A DNA stretch of 64,000 bases from an uncultured Planctomycetales bacterium (GTDB taxonomy: Bacteria > Planctomycetota > Phycisphaerae > UBA1845 > PWPN01): positions 8,362 through 72,361 of the forward strand of contig CAYNYK010000005.1 of assembly GCA_964401335.1 (NCBI GenBank). Direction: 5' to 3'. A program made the position numbers and the translations under genes. How positions within the stretch are numbered: position 1 is the stretch's first letter; every line of letters starts with the position of its first letter. The notes below the pieces were generated by a model that saw nothing but the letters and a program-made list of their open reading frames with translations, was not told where the DNA came from and did not search any database. Positions 61,478 to 64,000 of this stretch are shown one piece after another.

Positions 61478-64000
61478 TTAAAACTCTTCTATATCCTTGC
61501 CCCCGCCGACCAGCACATGGGTCGAGTCCGGGGGGTCCGTCATATTCGCTGATCCTTTCGGGGCAGCGCTCTTCTCTACCTGTTCGAGGATCATCTTGAT
61601 GAGCTTCTTCCGGTCGATCGGCTTGGTGGCGTAGTCGTCGCAGCCGGCCTCAATGCACTTCTGTTGATCGCCGGCCATGGCGTGGGCGGTCAGGGCGACG
61701 ATCGGGCCAGCGTAACCCCGTTCGCGGAGGGCGGTGGTTGCTGAATATCCATCCATGACCGGCATCTGCATGTCCATCAAAATCGTGTCGAAGGGCAATC
61801 CGGCATCGCGTGCCGCCAAAGCAGCTTCCAGAGCCATTTGGCCGTTTTCGACGACCGTGACCCCTGCCCCGGCTTTTTCTAATAAGTGGGCAATCAGCCG
61901 TTGATTGTCCGGACCGTCCTCGGCCAGCAGGATGCGCAACCCGTCAAGTGGCTTCGCTTGGGCCTCCGGGGATGATAAGGACGTGGGAACCCTTTCGCGC
62001 TGGACAGTAACCGCCTCCTCGTTGAGGCCCCCCTCGAGCATCCGGACTCCCTCCAGCGACCCGATGGCCACCGTGGCCCGGAACCGCGTGCCCAATCCCG
62101 CCTGGCTTTCAACCAGAACCACGTCGCCACCCAGCATCCCAGCCAGACGTTTGCTGATGGTCAACCCCAGGCCGGTACCGCCATATCGCCGGGTCGTAGA
62201 AGCGTCCGCCTGACTGAACGGCTGGAAAATATTTTCGGCCTGCTCGGCGGTCATTCCGGCTCCGGTATCGATCACGTCGAATTGCAGACAGGGTTCGTCG
62301 TCGTCAGCGACCAGGCGTACCAGCAGCCTGATGCCGCCGGTATCCGTGAATTTGATTGCGTTGCCCAGAAGGTTGATCAGGATCTGCCGCAGGCGCAACG
62401 GGTCGGTCCTAATCGTTTCGGGAACGGGTCCGATGAACTCGGTGTTAAAGGCCAGTTTTTTGGCCTCGGTACGTACGCGTACCAACGAGGCCACCTCGGC
62501 GACGATGGCATGTGGCGAGGCGGAAACCATCTCGACGAGCAGCTTCCCGGCCTCGATTTTGGACAGATCAAGGATATCGTTGATGATTTCGAGGAGATGC
62601 CGGCCGTTGCGTTGCACCGTATCGAGCGCACTTCGTAACTCCTCGCAGCCATAAGCACACTGGCCGGGACAATTCTCCCCGATCAGGTCGGTATACCCCA
62701 GAATCGCGGTCATCGGCGTGCGAATCTCGTGACTCATGTTGGCCAGAAACTCGCTCTTGGCGATACTTGCCATCTCCGCCTGGACGGCCATCTCGTTAGC
62801 CCGGGCCGTGGCGACCTCCAGTTGCTGGTTGGTCTCCAACAACATCTCTTCCGCTCGCTTGCGCTCGGTGATGTCCACAATAGCGCCAACAAGTCCCTTG
62901 ATGGTGCCTGAGAAATCCGTCAGCGTGGCTTTGTGAAAAACGACATCCCGCAAATCCCCATACGCATTTTTCACCTGAGATTCATAAACCTGTGTAGTTA
63001 CTTCTTTGAATAATTCCAAATCCTTGGCGTGGTGTATTTTGGCCAGTTCAGGGGGATTAATATCAAATACCGAACAGCCCATCAATTCTGATCTCGTTTT
63101 GCCGAAAAAGGTTTCAAATGCTCTGTTAACACCTCTGTACCGCCCTTCAACATCTTTGTAAAAAACCGGCAAGGGTATGGATTCCAAAATGGTCTGGAGA
63201 AAACGTTCGCTTTCCTTCAGTTCTATTTCAAGCTGCTTACGCTCGGTGATGTCGATGCTTGTCGCTACGATTCTCTCGACGCCGTTGATGGTCAAGGGGC
63301 ACAGATGTACCTGTATCCAGAACGGCTCGCCAGTGATCTTTTGGCTGAGCCATTCAAATTGCTGTCTGCCTTGCAAAGCAGCCTTGCGTATCCAATCGAG
63401 GGCTTCCGCGAACGAATAGGGAGGGTCCAGCCATATATTGCTGTTTTTCAGGTCCTCCGCCGCGGCCAGGCCGAACATGGCGTATGCCGCTGGGTTGGCA
63501 TCGACAATAGCGCCCGTGTCCCGATCGTGGATAAGAATGGATATCGGCGAGTCCATGAACAACGACTTGAACTGCTTCTCGCTCTCATGCAGCGCCTTCT
63601 CGGCCCGCTTGATCTCAGTGATATCGCGCCAGACGCAATAAAGCAGGTTCCTGCCCTCATGAACAATAGGCGTCAGCGAGACTTCCACCGGGAAATCCTC
63701 GCCGTTGGCCCGACGGTGTATCCATTCGAACCGATGGAAGCCCCGCTCGAAGGCCAGCCGCATCATTTCCTCGGCCTTTTCAAATGAATCTCGCCCATCG
63801 GGCTGATGGGGCGGCGACAATACGGACGGATGGGTCTTCAGAAATTCCTCCCGTGTGGCGTAACCGAGCATCCGGGCGGTAGCTTCGTTGCAGTCGATGA
63901 ACGTGTTGTCGCCGATCAGCAGGATCGCATCTTCGGAAGTGTACAACACATCCCTGAAACGCTTTTCACTCTCCCGCAGTTTTTCCGCGGCCTGCTTCTG
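61478..64000 (-). CDS. Hybrid sensor histidine kinase (multiple PAS, HisKA, HATPase_c, C-terminal receiver), 5'-partial at the window edge
   Basis: At least three PAS modules separated by ..ITERK..E.. linkers. H-box [10 protein letters not shown]-boxes DTGAGM and GTGLGL. Receiver [11 protein letters not shown]...DMQMPVMDG...KP. The frame continues past nt 63949 with a typical PAS linker (..[15 protein letters not shown]..). Confidence 0.9.
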   Translation of the reverse strand, partial: QKQAAEKLRESEKRFRDVLYTSEDAILLIGDNTFIDCNEATARMLGYATREEFLKTHPSVLSPPHQPDGRDSFEKAEEMMRLAFERGFHRFEWIHRRANGEDFPVEVSLTPIVHEGRNLLYCVWRDITEIKRAEKALHESEKQFKSLFMDSPISILIHDRDTGAIVDANPAAYAMFGLAAAEDLKNSNIWLDPPYSFAEALDWIRKAALQGRQQFEWLSQKITGEPFWIQVHLCPLTINGVERIVATSIDITERKQLEIELKESERFLQTILESIPLPVFYKDVEGRYRGVNRAFETFFGKTRSELMGCSVFDINPPELAKIHHAKDLELFKEVTTQVYESQVKNAYGDLRDVVFHKATLTDFSGTIKGLVGAIVDITERKRAEEMLLETNQQLEVATARANEMAVQAEMASIAKSEFLANMSHEIRTPMTAILGYTDLIGENCPGQCAYGCEELRSALDTVQRNGRHLLEIINDILDLSKIEAGKLLVEMVSASPHAIVAEVASLVRVRTEAKKLAFNTEFIGPVPETIRTDPLRLRQILINLLGNAIKFTDTGGIRLLVRLVADDDEPCLQFDVIDTGAGMTAEQAENIFQPFSQADASTTRRYGGTGLGLTISKRLAGMLGGDVVLVESQAGLGTRFRATVAIGSLEGVRMLEGGLNEEAVTVQRERVPTSLSSPEAQAKPLDGLRILLAEDGPDNQRLIAHLLEKAGAGVTVVENGQMALEAALAARDAGLPFDTILMDMQMPVMDGYSATTALRERGYAGPIVALTAHAMAGDQQKCIEAGCDDYATKPIDRKKLIKMILEQVEKSAAPKGSANMTDPPDSTHVLVGGGKDIEEF

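Overview
This 64 kb window at roughly 60% GC is densely coding. It looks like a chromosomal segment of a PVC-group bacterium, most likely Planctomycetota. That placement is an inference from gene content: prepilin-leader proteins without a pilus machine, a giant BlaI/BlaR1-M56 sensor, DUF1080 and Tat-signal Gfo/Idh/MocA proteins, HEAT-repeat and dockerin proteins. Housekeeping genes I recognise with confidence are tgt, yajC, hemC, an isocitrate/isopropylmalate-dehydrogenase-family enzyme, dinG, nikR, birA, an ABC-F ATPase, mutM, prmC, purQ and nagB, plus an acyl-CoA synthetase, an HMGL-family (homocitrate/Re-citrate-like) synthase and a hybrid PAS histidine kinase that runs off the 3' edge. 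A 9 kb minus-strand Wzx/Wzy-type exopolysaccharide operon spans 34126-43320. I found no rRNA, tRNA, CRISPR array, transposase, integrase or reverse transcriptase. The most unusual signals are these. (1) A phased 7-nt repeat, (TGA-N-N-G-C)n, occurs at four intergenic loci in both orientations, and two copies bracket blaI. (2) A dispersed ~60-nt repeat family at 51.9 kb and 55.4 kb carries a hairpin whose stem sequence differs between copies while the flanks are conserved. (3) A SWIM-zinc-finger plus SNF2-helicase two-gene module has no assigned function. (4) A bona fide nikR is followed by a 29-bp near-perfect AT-rich palindrome in front of a dockerin-protein/pseudopilin operon rather than a nickel transporter. 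(5) A BlaI repressor has a dyad operator exactly in the spacer of its predicted promoter and sits upstream of a 1234-aa BlaR1-type sensor protease. (6) The EPS operon encodes a BY-kinase homologue with a degenerate Walker A and a Wza homologue with a ~110-aa insertion. (7) There are three small toxin-antitoxin-like modules and a 5'-truncated FabA-type dehydratase remnant. I cannot show that any of these is a new system. All family calls come from reading motifs by eye and need HMM or BLAST confirmation.
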